Assembly (NCBI GenBank): GCA_903857825.1
Contig: CAIOGI010000001.1
Coordinates: forward strand, 127,410-191,409
Direction of reading: 5' to 3'
Source: Candidatus Tayloriibacteriota bacterium
Lineage (GTDB): Bacteria; Patescibacteriota; Minisyncoccia; Phycocordibacterales; PALSA-1337
DNA: 64,000 bases
The position numbers were made by a program, and so were the translations under genes. Positions 46,198-54,935 of this stretch are shown one piece after another. The notes beneath the pieces were generated by a model. That model did no database searches and was not told the origin of the DNA. It was given only the letters and a program-made list of their open reading frames with translations. Each line of letters starts with the position of its first letter. Positions within the stretch are counted from its first letter, which is position 1.

Positions 46198-46743
46198 ATG
46201 CGAATGAAGATGATTAAAACAGAAAACAATTTTGCATTTATAGATAGTCAGAATTTAAATCTTGGCATACAGAAGCTTGGTTGGAAATTGGACTATAAAA
46301 GATTTAGGATATACCTCAAAGAAAAATATCATGTAGAAAGAGCTTATATGTTTCTTGGTTTTGTATTGTTGAATCAAGATCTCTACGATAGATTACAAAA
46401 ATCTGGTTTTATACTTAAGTTTAAACCTACAATTCCAGATGCAAACGGTGAAATTAAAGGTAACGTTGATGCTGATATAGTTTTAAATACTTTGATTGAA
46501 TTAAGTGATTATGATAAGGCAGTTATAGTATCTAGCGATGGGGATTTTTATTCTCTAATATCGTATTTGTATGGTAAAGATAAATTAGAAATAGTACTGA
46601 GTCCAAATATAGATGAATGCTCAAGTCTTTTAAAACAGACAGCGAAAGAGAAAATCAATTTTATGAATGATTTGAAAGATAAACTTGAGTATAAAAGAAA
46701 AACACCGCTTAAGGACGAAACCTTAAGAAGTGCTTTTCTCTAA
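46198..46743 (+). CDS. NYN/LabA-like nuclease-domain protein, array paralog 2
   Basis: AFIDSQNLNLG, GNVDADIVLNTL, AVIVSSDGDFYSLISYL, and the C-terminal LEIVLSPNIDECSSLLKQ. Confidence 0.6.
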   Translation: MRMKMIKTENNFAFIDSQNLNLGIQKLGWKLDYKRFRIYLKEKYHVERAYMFLGFVLLNQDLYDRLQKSGFILKFKPTIPDANGEIKGNVDADIVLNTLIELSDYDKAVIVSSDGDFYSLISYLYGKDKLEIVLSPNIDECSSLLKQTAKEKINFMNDLKDKLEYKRKTPLKDETLRSAFL

Positions 46744-46785
46744 CGATACACCAATAGTGTAGCAGGTTATATATTCAGAAGTCAA

Positions 46786-46832
46786 GGTTAACGTTGAACA
46801 AAATACCACTCGGAAACGGGTGGTTTTTTGTT
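46786..46832 (+). repeat. array repeat unit R3 (5'-shortened, terminator intact)
   Basis: ggttaacgttgaacaaaataccactcggaaacgggtggttttttgtt. Confidence 0.7.
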
Positions 46833-46877
46833 GCTTGTACATCTTTTTGTTAAAATGATACAATATAATTATTAATT

Positions 46878-47432
46878 ATGAACACAAAAATAAATCAAAA
46901 ATTTACTACTGAGGAATTGATTCTATATATACTAAATAAATTAGAACCAGAGAAAAGTGATAAAATCCGCTTGAATAAACTAGCTTTTTTTGTTGAATTT
47001 GCTTTTTTTCATAGATTTAATCAATTACTTAGTAATGCAGAATATGCTGGTATTGATCTTGGTCCTGTAATTAATAATTATGATGATATTCTTAAAAATA
47101 TGCAGAAAATGGATCTTATTAGAATAGATGGTTATAAAATAAGGCCTTTAGTATCTCCATCCGTTACTCTCTCTTCAGAACAAAAGGTTTTTATTGATAA
47201 TATAATTGAACGATATTCAACATTATCAAAAGAAGTCCTGATAGGTATTTCTCATTTGACAGATGCTTATAAAATTACCACTAAAGATGAAAAGGTAATG
47301 GGTAATAAAATAGACAAAAGACTAGCCTTGCTTGAAACATTTCTATTGGATGATGAGACTGAAAACTTGGTTAATGAAGATGAATTACCAATTATAGATC
47401 GTTCAAAACTTGTTCCTTATGCCATTAGATAA
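46878..47432 (+). CDS. DUF4065 / Panacea-domain protein (SocA/PanA-like antitoxin candidate)
   Basis: TTEELILYILNKLEPEKSDKIRLNKLAFFVEFAFFHRFNQLL matches the Panacea/DUF4065 N-terminal helix pattern (..KLQKLLYFA..). It overlaps the downstream RelE-like ORF. Confidence 0.45.
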   Translation: MNTKINQKFTTEELILYILNKLEPEKSDKIRLNKLAFFVEFAFFHRFNQLLSNAEYAGIDLGPVINNYDDILKNMQKMDLIRIDGYKIRPLVSPSVTLSSEQKVFIDNIIERYSTLSKEVLIGISHLTDAYKITTKDEKVMGNKIDKRLALLETFLLDDETENLVNEDELPIIDRSKLVPYAIR

Positions 47433-47733
47433 TTCTTACAAAATCTTTTTTGAAAGAAGATTTCAAAAAATTCTAGATGGCTTGCCAGAAGATATTAGAG
47501 GTGCTTTTCAGGCAAAAATGAGTTATTTTCAAGGCAATCCAAATCATCCAAGTTTAAATACTAAAACATTAACAGTTAGTTCAAAAAGATTAAAAGAATT
47601 AGGCGTTGATCAAATATATGAATTTTATATAAATCGAAAAGATTACAGATGTATTTTTTACGTGATTCATGATACAAAAGAAATTATTATTGCATATATT
47701 GGTAATCACACACAAGTAAAAAATAAGTTTTAA
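47419..47733 (+). CDS. RelE/ParE-superfamily toxin-like protein
   Basis: ORF 47410..47733 (start at 47410 or 47419). The C-terminus QIYEFYINRKDYRCIFYVIHDTKEIIIAYIGNHTQ fits the RelE/YafQ-type beta-sheet pattern. Confidence 0.5.
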   Translation: MPLDNSYKIFFERRFQKILDGLPEDIRGAFQAKMSYFQGNPNHPSLNTKTLTVSSKRLKELGVDQIYEFYINRKDYRCIFYVIHDTKEIIIAYIGNHTQVKNKF

Positions 47734-47736
47734 TTC

Positions 47737-47796
47737 CCCCCCTCAACAGGTTAAAACGTTGAACAAAACACCACTCGGAAACGGGTGGTTTTTTGT
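47737..47796 (+). repeat. array repeat unit R4
   Basis: cccctcaacaggttaaaacgttgaacaaaacaccactcggaaacgggtggttttttgtt. Confidence 0.75.
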
Positions 47797-47920
47797 TTAT
47801 ATAATTTTATTTACTTTTCCCCAATCTTGTTTCGCAAATATGTAAAAAGACCATTTTCTTTATATTTTCTTAATAACTGTTTGCTAGAGTGTCAAAATTA
47901 TTAAGATAATAAGAAAAAAT
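47797..47920 (+). promoter_or_regulatory. array upstream leader type 2 (copy 2)
   Basis: tatataattttatttacttttccccaatcttgtttcgcaaatatgtaaaaagaccattttctttatattttcttaataactgtttgctagagtgtcaaaattattaagataataagaaaaaat. Confidence 0.5.
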
Positions 47921-48499
47921 ATGTTAGAGAAAATACAAACAGAAGTAAATTATGCATTTATTGATAGCCAAAATCTAAATCTAGGCGTTAGAGATCAGGG
48001 CTGGACTTTAGATTTTAAGAGATTTCACTTGTATCTCAAGGATAAATTTCATGTAGAAAAAGCCTTTCTATTTATTGGTTACTTTCCTGGAAATGAAAAA
48101 CTGTATACATCTTTGCAGAGTCATGGATATATATGTGTATTTAAACCGTCAATGTTATTACCAGATAAAAAAGTAAAAGGTAATGTTGACGCAGAATTGG
48201 TTTTGCATACAATGATTCAATTTAATGCATTTAGTAAAGCAATTATTGTGACAGGCGATGGTGATTTTTACTGTTTGATCGAATATTTACTTAGCTAACA
48301 AAAGTTTAAAAAAGTGCTTATACCTAATAAGAATAGGTATTCCGGATTATTGAAAAAATTAAGTACCCAAGATAACAATATTCTTGATTTCATCACAGAT
48401 AAAAAAGCAAAATTACAATATGTTTCGGTCTCGATTGAGGCGGATAATGAAAAAGGCTCTCAGTGGGACGTAACCCAAAAAGAACCTCTTTCATCGTGA
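47921..48499 (+). pseudogene. NYN/LabA-like paralog 3 interrupted by a single in-frame TAA (48296-48298)
   Basis: ORFs 47921..48298 and 48314..48499 are in the same frame. The upstream part (AFIDSQNLNLG...GNVDAELVL...IIVTGDGDFYCLIEYLLS*) and the downstream part (QKFKKVLIPNKNRYSGLLKKLSTQ...) align colinearly with paralog 2 (ISYLYGKDKLEIVLSPNIDECSSLLKQ). Confidence 0.5.
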
Positions 48500-48585
48500 T
48501 GTATAAATCGTATCATAAGGCGATATTTGATGCAATAGATGCGGTTACTTTAGCGGACTTTTTAGTGTTCCTCCATACCTATTAG

Positions 48586-48633
48586 CCTAAAACGTTGAAC
48601 AAAACACCACTCGGAAACGGGTAGTTTTTTGTT
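48586..48633 (+). repeat. array repeat unit R5 (terminator stem weakened: gggtag instead of gggtgg)
   Basis: cctaaaacgttgaacaaaacaccactcggaaacgggtagttttttgtt. Confidence 0.7.
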
Positions 48634-48792
48634 TATATAATTTATTTACTTTTTAACTTATATATATTTGAATATTGTTTTCTGCAAAAATCCATATAAT
48701 CATGCAATATTTATCCACAGATTCTTAAGAAGTAATAAATTTTTTGTGATTTTTACTATTTACACAAAAATATCAATTGATAATATAGATGT
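48634..48792 (+). promoter_or_regulatory. array upstream leader type 1 (copy 3)
   Basis: Near-identical to 44474-44630 (...gaatattgttttctgcaaaaatccatataatcatgcaatatttatccacagattcttaagaagtaataaattttttgtgatttttactatttacacaaaaatatcaattgataatat). Confidence 0.5.
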
Positions 48793-49410
48793 ATGGAAGA
48801 AATCACGAAAAAGCGATATGCATTTATTGATGTTCAGAATACTGAAGGTACTGTAAATCAGTTACTAGATTTTTCTATTGATTGGAGTAAAACATATCAA
48901 TATTTAAAAGAACATTGGAAGTGTAATGAGATCTTTTTCTATTCAGGAATTCAAAAGAGTAATGTCAATAAGATTAAAGAATATGAAAGTCTTTTGATGT
49001 TAGGTTATAAAATGAGAGTGAAAACATATTCAATATATAAGAATCAAGATACTATTGTTAAAATTAACTGTAATAAATGTAATAATGAGATAAGCCATAA
49101 AATCGATAATGGGACAAGATGGAAATCAAACTGTGACGTAGAGTTTTCTGTGGACGTAGAAAATAATATAAGAAATGGATCAGAATTCCTATTTTTTACT
49201 GGTGATGGTGATTTTGAATATCTAATTAGAGATGTGGTCAATAAAGGAATCAAGGTTTACATAATTTCAAGTGCAAAAAAGACATACATAAGCAATAGAT
49301 ATTATATTTCTCGTTTTTCAACAAAATTGAGGGATCTAATCGCTGAAAAAAGAGGAATGGTTGATTTCCTAGATATTAATGATTGGAAGAATAGAATTTA
49401 TCGAAGTTAA
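48793..49410 (+). CDS. NYN/LabA-like nuclease-domain protein, array paralog 4 (with Cys-rich insert)
   Basis: YAFIDVQNTEG, NCDVEFSVDVEN, FLFFTGDGDFEYLIRDV, and an inserted INCNKCNNEISHKIDNGTRWKSNCD (CxxC...C) segment. Confidence 0.55.
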   Translation: MEEITKKRYAFIDVQNTEGTVNQLLDFSIDWSKTYQYLKEHWKCNEIFFYSGIQKSNVNKIKEYESLLMLGYKMRVKTYSIYKNQDTIVKINCNKCNNEISHKIDNGTRWKSNCDVEFSVDVENNIRNGSEFLFFTGDGDFEYLIRDVVNKGIKVYIISSAKKTYISNRYYISRFSTKLRDLIAEKRGMVDFLDINDWKNRIYRS

Positions 49411-49423
49411 TAAATAGATAAAG

Positions 49424-49448
49424 GAAAACGCCATACAGGCTGGCGTTT
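49424..49448 (+). terminator. intrinsic terminator
   Basis: aacgccatacaggctggcgttttc forms a stem aacgcca/tggcgtt followed by a U-run. Confidence 0.5.
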
Positions 49449-49510
49449 TCTAATGATTCTATTAGTTTATCAGATATATCCATGCTGTCAAGACAAATTT
49501 AATATCTATC

Positions 49511-49570
49511 CCTCTAACCAGGTTAAAAAGTTGAACAAAACACCACTCGGAAACGGGTGGTTTTTTGTTT
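49511..49570 (+). repeat. array repeat unit R6
   Basis: ccctctaaccaggttaaaaagttgaacaaaacaccactcggaaacgggtggttttttgtt. Confidence 0.75.
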
Positions 49571-49691
49571 ATATAATTTTGTTTACTTTTCCCCAATCTT
49601 GTTTCGCAACTATGTAAAAAGACCATTTTCTTTATATTTTCTTAATAACTGTTTGTTAGAGTGTCAAAATTATTAAGATAATAAGAAAAAT
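49571..49691 (+). promoter_or_regulatory. array upstream leader type 2 (copy 3)
   Basis: tatataattttgtttacttttccccaatcttgtttcgcaactatgtaaaaagaccattttctttatattttcttaataactgtttgttagagtgtcaaaattattaagataataagaaaaat. Confidence 0.5.
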
Positions 49692-50306
49692 ATGGAAGAA
49701 GAAATATTAAAAGTAGAAAAAGACACTATGCAGATAGAAGAAAAGACCCGAATAAATATAGCCTATATTGACGCGACAAATTTAGATAAAGCATTAAGAA
49801 ATCAGCTGGGATGGAAAATTGATTATAAAAGATTTAGAGTGTGGCTTAAGGAAAAATATGATGTAAGGCGGGCATATATTTTTATCGGGCTTATCCCTAA
49901 GTACAAAGATCTTTATACTTTTCTTCAGTCGTGCGGCTTTGAATTAGAGTTTAAGGACGTAATATATGCAGGTGGAATAGCAAAGGGTAATTGTGATTCT
50001 GACTTGTTGATGAAAGCTAGTAGCGATTATTATATTGGAGGTTTAAACAAAGCAGTAATAGTTGCAAGTGATGGCGACTATGCTCCATTAGTTAAAGTCC
50101 TGCTTGGTGGTAATAGACTTGAGGTTATACTTTCTCCAAGCACTGTTGATAAATGTTCAATCCTTCTTAAAAGAACCAACGCACCGATTACATATATAAA
50201 TGATCAACGTTCAATACTCGAATTAAAGGATAATAGCGAGATATTGACCTCCTTAAATGAAAAAGCCCCCGATGTGGACAAAACCACATTAGGGTCTTCT
50301 TCGTAG
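49692..50306 (+). CDS. NYN/LabA-like nuclease-domain protein, array paralog 5
   Basis: IAYIDATNLDKAL, GNCDSDLLMKAS, AVIVASDGDYAPLVKVLL, and the C-terminal LEVILSPSTVDKCSILLKR. Confidence 0.55.
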   Translation: MEEEILKVEKDTMQIEEKTRINIAYIDATNLDKALRNQLGWKIDYKRFRVWLKEKYDVRRAYIFIGLIPKYKDLYTFLQSCGFELEFKDVIYAGGIAKGNCDSDLLMKASSDYYIGGLNKAVIVASDGDYAPLVKVLLGGNRLEVILSPSTVDKCSILLKRTNAPITYINDQRSILELKDNSEILTSLNEKAPDVDKTTLGSSS

Positions 50307-50423
50307 TGATATTTATATACTAACAAAACCATTTTTTCTTGTCAAATTTTTATGGATTCTATGAAGTTTCGTGTGGTGGATAACTAATGAAAATGTCATC
50401 CCCTACCAAAGTAGAAATGTAAT

Positions 50424-50454
50424 CCCTCTAACCTGTTTAAAAAGTTTTTGTTTT
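50424..50454 (+). repeat. degenerate partial copy of the array repeat unit (array boundary)
   Basis: ccctctaacctgtttaaaaagtttttgtttt. It retains the 5' block but loses the hairpin. Confidence 0.5.
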
Positions 50455-50486
50455 ATTTATTATTATCTATATGATATTATATAATC

Positions 50487-50645
50487 ATGGTAAATCCTTT
50501 TGATAAAACATTTTTTAAATTTGTAATTGGTTTCTCAATCATTTTAAGTATGAGCTTCACTATCTTATTTTTTGTTAATAAATATGAGGCATCTATTGGA
50601 GAGGGCATGACAGCATCAAAAAGCTTCACTCCAATAAAAAAATAA
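50487..50645 (+). CDS. putative 52-aa small membrane protein
   Basis: MVNPFDKTFFKFVIGFSIILSMSFTILFFVNKYEASIGEGMTASKSFTPIKK has one TM helix. A clean terminator lies downstream at 50672-50700. It is not in the ORF track because it is under 60 aa. Confidence 0.3.
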   Translation: MVNPFDKTFFKFVIGFSIILSMSFTILFFVNKYEASIGEGMTASKSFTPIKK

Positions 50646-50671
50646 TTTTTTCCTTGTTAAAGATAAAGAAT

Positions 50672-50700
50672 AAGCCGTAAAATATAATACGGTTTTTCTT
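50672..50700 (+). terminator. intrinsic terminator
   Basis: agccgtaaaatataatacggtttttctttt forms a stem ccgta/tacgg followed by a U-run. Confidence 0.5.
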
Positions 50701-50803
50701 TTTAATTTGTTTATGTTCTAATGCTGTTTTTTGCGATTTTCTTTATAATTTCTTAATAACTTTTTTGTACTATCTTCATATTATTATTTAATCAAAACTA
50801 ATT

Positions 50804-53599
50804 ATGAAGAAAAAATATATTTTTAGTGTTTATTTGGCAATTATAATGGCTCTAGGGGTTATGAGTCCGCAGTATTTGTATGCAGAGACTTATGTTAGAG
50901 CTGGGGATCTTGATAATGGTGGAGTGTGGAATAAGGCTGGCAGTCCTTATATAATAGAGGATGATATTAGGGTCACAAATGGTAATGTTCTAACTATTGA
51001 GTCAGGAGTTAGTGTAATCTCAGTATCATCTAGTGATTATAATTCAGCACCGTATGCGATTACATTTGATGGTGGTGATCTGAATATCAGTGGTACGGCA
51101 GACGAGCCAGTCAATATTCAAGGTCTATATGGTATTTACTTTGTACATTCAAATTCGACTATTGAAAATGCGATATTTGATAATTCTTTTTTGAATTTTA
51201 ATCAAAGCACCAGCACAATATTAAATTCAATTATAAAAAATGCAATGTGGGGCATATTTGCTAAGGGAAGTCGTATTGCCATAGAAAATAGTAAAATATT
51301 AAATAATACATACGGTATAAGCTCAAACAAATATGTTGTAGGTCCAGTATTGATGTATCAGCAGGACAAGGGTTTACCAGATTCCTCTAATGGTATTGGT
51401 GGCATCGGAAATGCATTGAGTGATATGAATGAAATCCTCATCGATACAACTCAAAATGGAATTTCAATAAGGAATTCCGAAATAGTTGGAAATACAAAAT
51501 ACGGAATATACAATAAAACGTTAAATCCGGTGTCTGCGGAGAATAATTGGTGGGGCGCAGAAACAGGTCCGAAAACAAGCACATCGAGTAATGGAGATAT
51601 GGTATATGGTCTCGTAAATTATTCTCCTTGGAAAGAAAAACTTGTTGAAGAAGTGCCGTGTTGTTCTAATGTTCTATTTATCCCCGGCATAGAAGCAAGT
51701 AGACTTTACAGAGATGTCAAACAGTACTTAGGCACAACAACTGAACAAATGTGGGAGCCTTATGGAAACTCTCACGTAAAAGATCTTTCTTTAAGTGAGA
51801 CTGGGTATAGTATTGATAAAACAGTATACACAAAAGATATTCTGGATTCTGCATATGACTTAAAAGATATATATATGAGCTTTGTCACCATGATGAATGG
51901 TGTGGTTGCGGACAAAACAATAAATCAATGGCTAGCCTACCCTTATGATTGGCGTATGAGTACTGAAGATATTGCTCTTGGTTTGACCAAACTTTCTACA
52001 ACAACGGTATCTTTAATAGAATCTGTAGAGAGTCTCGCAAAGAGTTCTAAAACTGGAAAAATAATAATTATTGCTCATAGTAATGGAGGCCTGGTTGCGA
52101 AATCTTTAATCAAGGCACTTGAAGATAAGGGTGAATCAGGATTAGTAGAAAAAATAATAAATATAGCTGTTCCAGAACTCGGTACACCGAAGGCGATTCT
52201 CAGTATGCTTCATGGTTATGACCAGTCCATAGCGGGAGGAATTATCGCTTCAGAAAAGACTGCTAGAAACTTATCACAAAATATGCTCGGTGCTTATGGG
52301 CTATTGCCATCAAGAAAATTCTTTGAAATAAATCCAATAAAAGTAATTTCAGATAATTATAGTGGTTCTAAGTTATTGGCATCAACCTATGATGCAATGA
52401 AAAGCTTTTTACTCAACGGTCCATTTTCAATGAAAAAGTCTAAGGATACTAATATTCCATTATCTCTAAATGAATTTATGCTTAGTAAAGCAGACTCACT
52501 TCATTCTTCAATAGACTATTGGAAACCTGCTAGTACCACCAGAACTTTGTCATTATTTGGATGGGGGCTTCCGACTTCTGATGGAGTGTTGTATGAAAAA
52601 GATGACCATTGTAAGTATGATACAGATTGTGCTGTGTCATATATTCCAACAGTTACAAAGAGGGGAGATGGAACGGTGCTTGTTGATAGTAATTCAAATA
52701 TATCAGATAGATCATTGTTTATAAATCTAAAATTATTTAATGATGATACAAAAAATGAAGTAAATCACGCAGATGTATTGGAGGCTCCTCCTGCACTTGA
52801 TTTTGTAAAGAAAGAAATATCAAATACTCAAAAAAATAATGATTATGGTAAATACATAACTGATACAGAGCCGATCGATACAGAACGATGGCTAACGCTG
52901 AAGATATTTTCACCTGTAGATATTGATGTTTATGATAAAGAGGGGAATCATACGGGTAGAATAGAAAACAATAATATTAACTTAAAGCCTTATGAAAGTA
53001 AGATACCAAACAGTTATTATAATGAATTTAGTGGTAAAAAAATTGTAATATTACCTTATGACAATGATTATCAAATGGTTTTAAAAGGAAATGATGCTGG
53101 GGCTGTAATAATAAAAGCTGAAGTAGAACAGTATGAAACAGTGATCGCATCCACTACATTTTCGGAAATGCCTGTTACTCCATTAACAAATATTGAACTA
53201 ATAATTTCAACATCTACAGATTCATTTTCTACATCATCTGTAATGAATATGGATATTGATGGCGATGGGATAACCGACTTTGTGAATCATTCAAATGAAT
53301 ATTTTGGCTCGACTACTCTGGGTGCAATCGCTGATTATGTTACTTATATAGAGTCTATTAGAAAAGCAATTCTTTCGCTTGGATTAAATCCAAAAGAAGA
53401 AAAAAGATGGTTAGATAAAATCGATAAGATCAATAAAGACTTTGAAAAGAAAAATTATAAAAAAGCACATAAATTAATTAAAAAGTTATCAAAAGAAAAG
53501 TTCAATAAAAGGAATCTTACTGAAGCACAAAGACAGGCTATTCTTGACTTTTTTGATAAAACACTAGATGAATTCGAAATGGTGGTTAGGAATAAATAG
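50804..53599 (+). CDS. secreted beta-helix protein fused to an alpha/beta-hydrolase (lipase/PGAP1-like) domain
   Basis: Signal peptide MKKKYIFSVYLAIIMALGVMSPQYLYA. The N-terminal ~280 aa have parallel beta-helix repeat character (NSKILNNTYGISSN, GISIRNSEIVGNTKYGIYN). The middle has a nucleophile elbow IIIAHSNGGLVAKSLI ((G/A)HSxG). The C-terminus is a Lys-rich coiled-coil. Confidence 0.55.
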   Translation: MKKKYIFSVYLAIIMALGVMSPQYLYAETYVRAGDLDNGGVWNKAGSPYIIEDDIRVTNGNVLTIESGVSVISVSSSDYNSAPYAITFDGGDLNISGTADEPVNIQGLYGIYFVHSNSTIENAIFDNSFLNFNQSTSTILNSIIKNAMWGIFAKGSRIAIENSKILNNTYGISSNKYVVGPVLMYQQDKGLPDSSNGIGGIGNALSDMNEILIDTTQNGISIRNSEIVGNTKYGIYNKTLNPVSAENNWWGAETGPKTSTSSNGDMVYGLVNYSPWKEKLVEEVPCCSNVLFIPGIEASRLYRDVKQYLGTTTEQMWEPYGNSHVKDLSLSETGYSIDKTVYTKDILDSAYDLKDIYMSFVTMMNGVVADKTINQWLAYPYDWRMSTEDIALGLTKLSTTTVSLIESVESLAKSSKTGKIIIIAHSNGGLVAKSLIKALEDKGESGLVEKIINIAVPELGTPKAILSMLHGYDQSIAGGIIASEKTARNLSQNMLGAYGLLPSRKFFEINPIKVISDNYSGSKLLASTYDAMKSFLLNGPFSMKKSKDTNIPLSLNEFMLSKADSLHSSIDYWKPASTTRTLSLFGWGLPTSDGVLYEKDDHCKYDTDCAVSYIPTVTKRGDGTVLVDSNSNISDRSLFINLKLFNDDTKNEVNHADVLEAPPALDFVKKEISNTQKNNDYGKYITDTEPIDTERWLTLKIFSPVDIDVYDKEGNHTGRIENNNINLKPYESKIPNSYYNEFSGKKIVILPYDNDYQMVLKGNDAGAVIIKAEVEQYETVIASTTFSEMPVTPLTNIELIISTSTDSFSTSSVMNMDIDGDGITDFVNHSNEYFGSTTLGAIADYVTYIESIRKAILSLGLNPKEEKRWLDKIDKINKDFEKKNYKKAHKLIKKLSKEKFNKRNLTEAQRQAILDFFDKTLDEFEMVVRNK

Positions 53600-53837
53600 T
53601 GATATAGACAATATACATGATTATATAGATAACATATATAATCACATACGATATCACGTACGATATTGACCTATGTGTAATTATTATGCTAATGTTGTAT
53701 TTATAAGGCCAGAGACAGAAGGTATGGGTAAAACCCAATAATATCCTTCCGAGGTTTTCAACTCTCTTAGTTGGATAAAACCCTCTATATCCTTATGGTA
53801 AAGGTCGTAGATTATTAATATTTTTAGCTGAAAATAA

Positions 53838-54326
53838 ATGGCTCGAACAAAAGTAGAAAAGAAGGAGATACTTGAAAAATTAGAAAAGATTGTTAAGGAT
53901 GCGAAATCCATGGTCTTTGTAAATTTTCATGGCATGAATGTGGGGGATACTACTCAGGTGCGCCGAAAATTGAAAAGTGAAAAAGTAGGTTTCTTTGTGT
54001 CAAAGAAGTCTCTAACAAAGATGGCTCTGGATTCTAAAAAGATTGAGGGTATTCTACCAGAACTTGAAGGAGAAGTTGGTCTAGCTTATGGTGAAGACCT
54101 AATAGCTCCGGCTCGTGAGATATACGAGTTCCAAAAGAAACACAAGGGAAGTATTTCCATTCTAGGAGGTGTCTTTGAGGGAAAGTATATGTCGAAAGAA
54201 GAGATGATGGGTATCGCTTTGATCCCTTCACAGAAAACTCTTTATGGAATGTTTGTCAATGTCATAAATTCTCCAATTCAAGGATTTGTTGTGGCACTTG
54301 ATCAAATAGCGAAGAAGAAAGTTTAG
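53838..54326 (+). CDS. rplJ: 50S ribosomal protein L10
   Basis: MARTKVEKKEILEKLEKIVKDAKSMVFVNFHGMNVGDTTQVRRKL... is the L10 pattern. It lies upstream of rplL. Confidence 0.9.
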   Translation: MARTKVEKKEILEKLEKIVKDAKSMVFVNFHGMNVGDTTQVRRKLKSEKVGFFVSKKSLTKMALDSKKIEGILPELEGEVGLAYGEDLIAPAREIYEFQKKHKGSISILGGVFEGKYMSKEEMMGIALIPSQKTLYGMFVNVINSPIQGFVVALDQIAKKKV

Positions 54327-54329
54327 TAA

Positions 54330-54436
54330 CTTGAAAAATGAGGCTCGACACGGTGAGGGAGACTTTATTTTTTCTAGCGAAAGCGTAAAAAAATAAAGTG
54401 CTCCCGAGCGCAAGTCGGCGAGCCCATTTTTCCAAG
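54330..54436 (+). promoter_or_regulatory. structured intercistronic/leader RNA motif, copy B (rplJ->rplL)
   Basis: Outer stem cttgaaaaatg/catttttccaag. Core gaggctcgacacggtgagggagac ... gtgctcccgagcgcaagtcggcgagccc. U-run/A-run pairing (ctttatttttt/aaaaaaataaag). Apical agcGAAAgcg hairpin. Confidence 0.5.
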
Positions 54437-54492
54437 AGTCCAATTTTTCTAAACATTATTATAAAAATTATTAAATTAAATAAATTATTAAA

Positions 54493-54879
54493 ATGGAACC
54501 AACACCAGTAGAGATTCCAGCAAAGTTTAAAACTCTTGTTGAATCAATTGAAAAGTTATCAGTATTAGAATTAAATGAGCTTGTAAAACTTCTTGAAAAG
54601 AAGTTTGGAGTATCAGCAGCTGCGACAGTATCAGCTGCTCCAGTAGCTACCGCAGCAGCAGAGGAGAAGAGTACAGTAGCAGTACACCTTGCTTCAGCAG
54701 GTGAGCAAAAAATAGCAGTTATTAAGGTTATAAAGGAGGCATTAGCTCTTGGACTAAAGGAAGCTAAAGACCTAGTAGACGGAGCTCCAATATTGGTCAA
54801 AGATGCAATGAAGAAAGAAGACGCAGACGCACTAAAGAAAAAGATTGAGGAAGCTGGAGGAAAGGTTGAATATAAATAA
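54493..54879 (+). CDS. rplL: 50S ribosomal protein L7/L12
   Basis: The N-terminal dimerisation helix, an Ala-rich hinge ([18 protein letters not shown]), and the C-terminal domain [22 protein letters not shown]...[10 protein letters not shown]. Confidence 0.9.
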   Translation: MEPTPVEIPAKFKTLVESIEKLSVLELNELVKLLEKKFGVSAAATVSAAPVATAAAEEKSTVAVHLASAGEQKIAVIKVIKEALALGLKEAKDLVDGAPILVKDAMKKEDADALKKKIEEAGGKVEYK

Positions 54880-54897
54880 ATTCAACACAATCACAGA

Positions 54898-54922
54898 GAA
54901 CTGCCGCAAGGCAGTTTTTTGT
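54898..54922 (+). terminator. intrinsic terminator after rplL
   Basis: gaactgccgcaaggcagtttttt forms a stem ctgcc-GCAA-ggcag followed by U6. Confidence 0.6.
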
Positions 54923-54935
54923 TGGTTGTGCATAT

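Noticed and set aside
44415-50454. Possibility that the repeated 60-nt units are a CRISPR array
   Set aside because: The units are about 1 kb apart, not 30-40 nt. They are separated by protein-coding genes, not spacers. Each ends in a U-tract terminator. No cas genes are present.
53684-53911. 75-aa minus-strand ORF overlapping the rplJ start
   Set aside because: It overlaps the L10 5' end and leader on the opposite strand, with no support.
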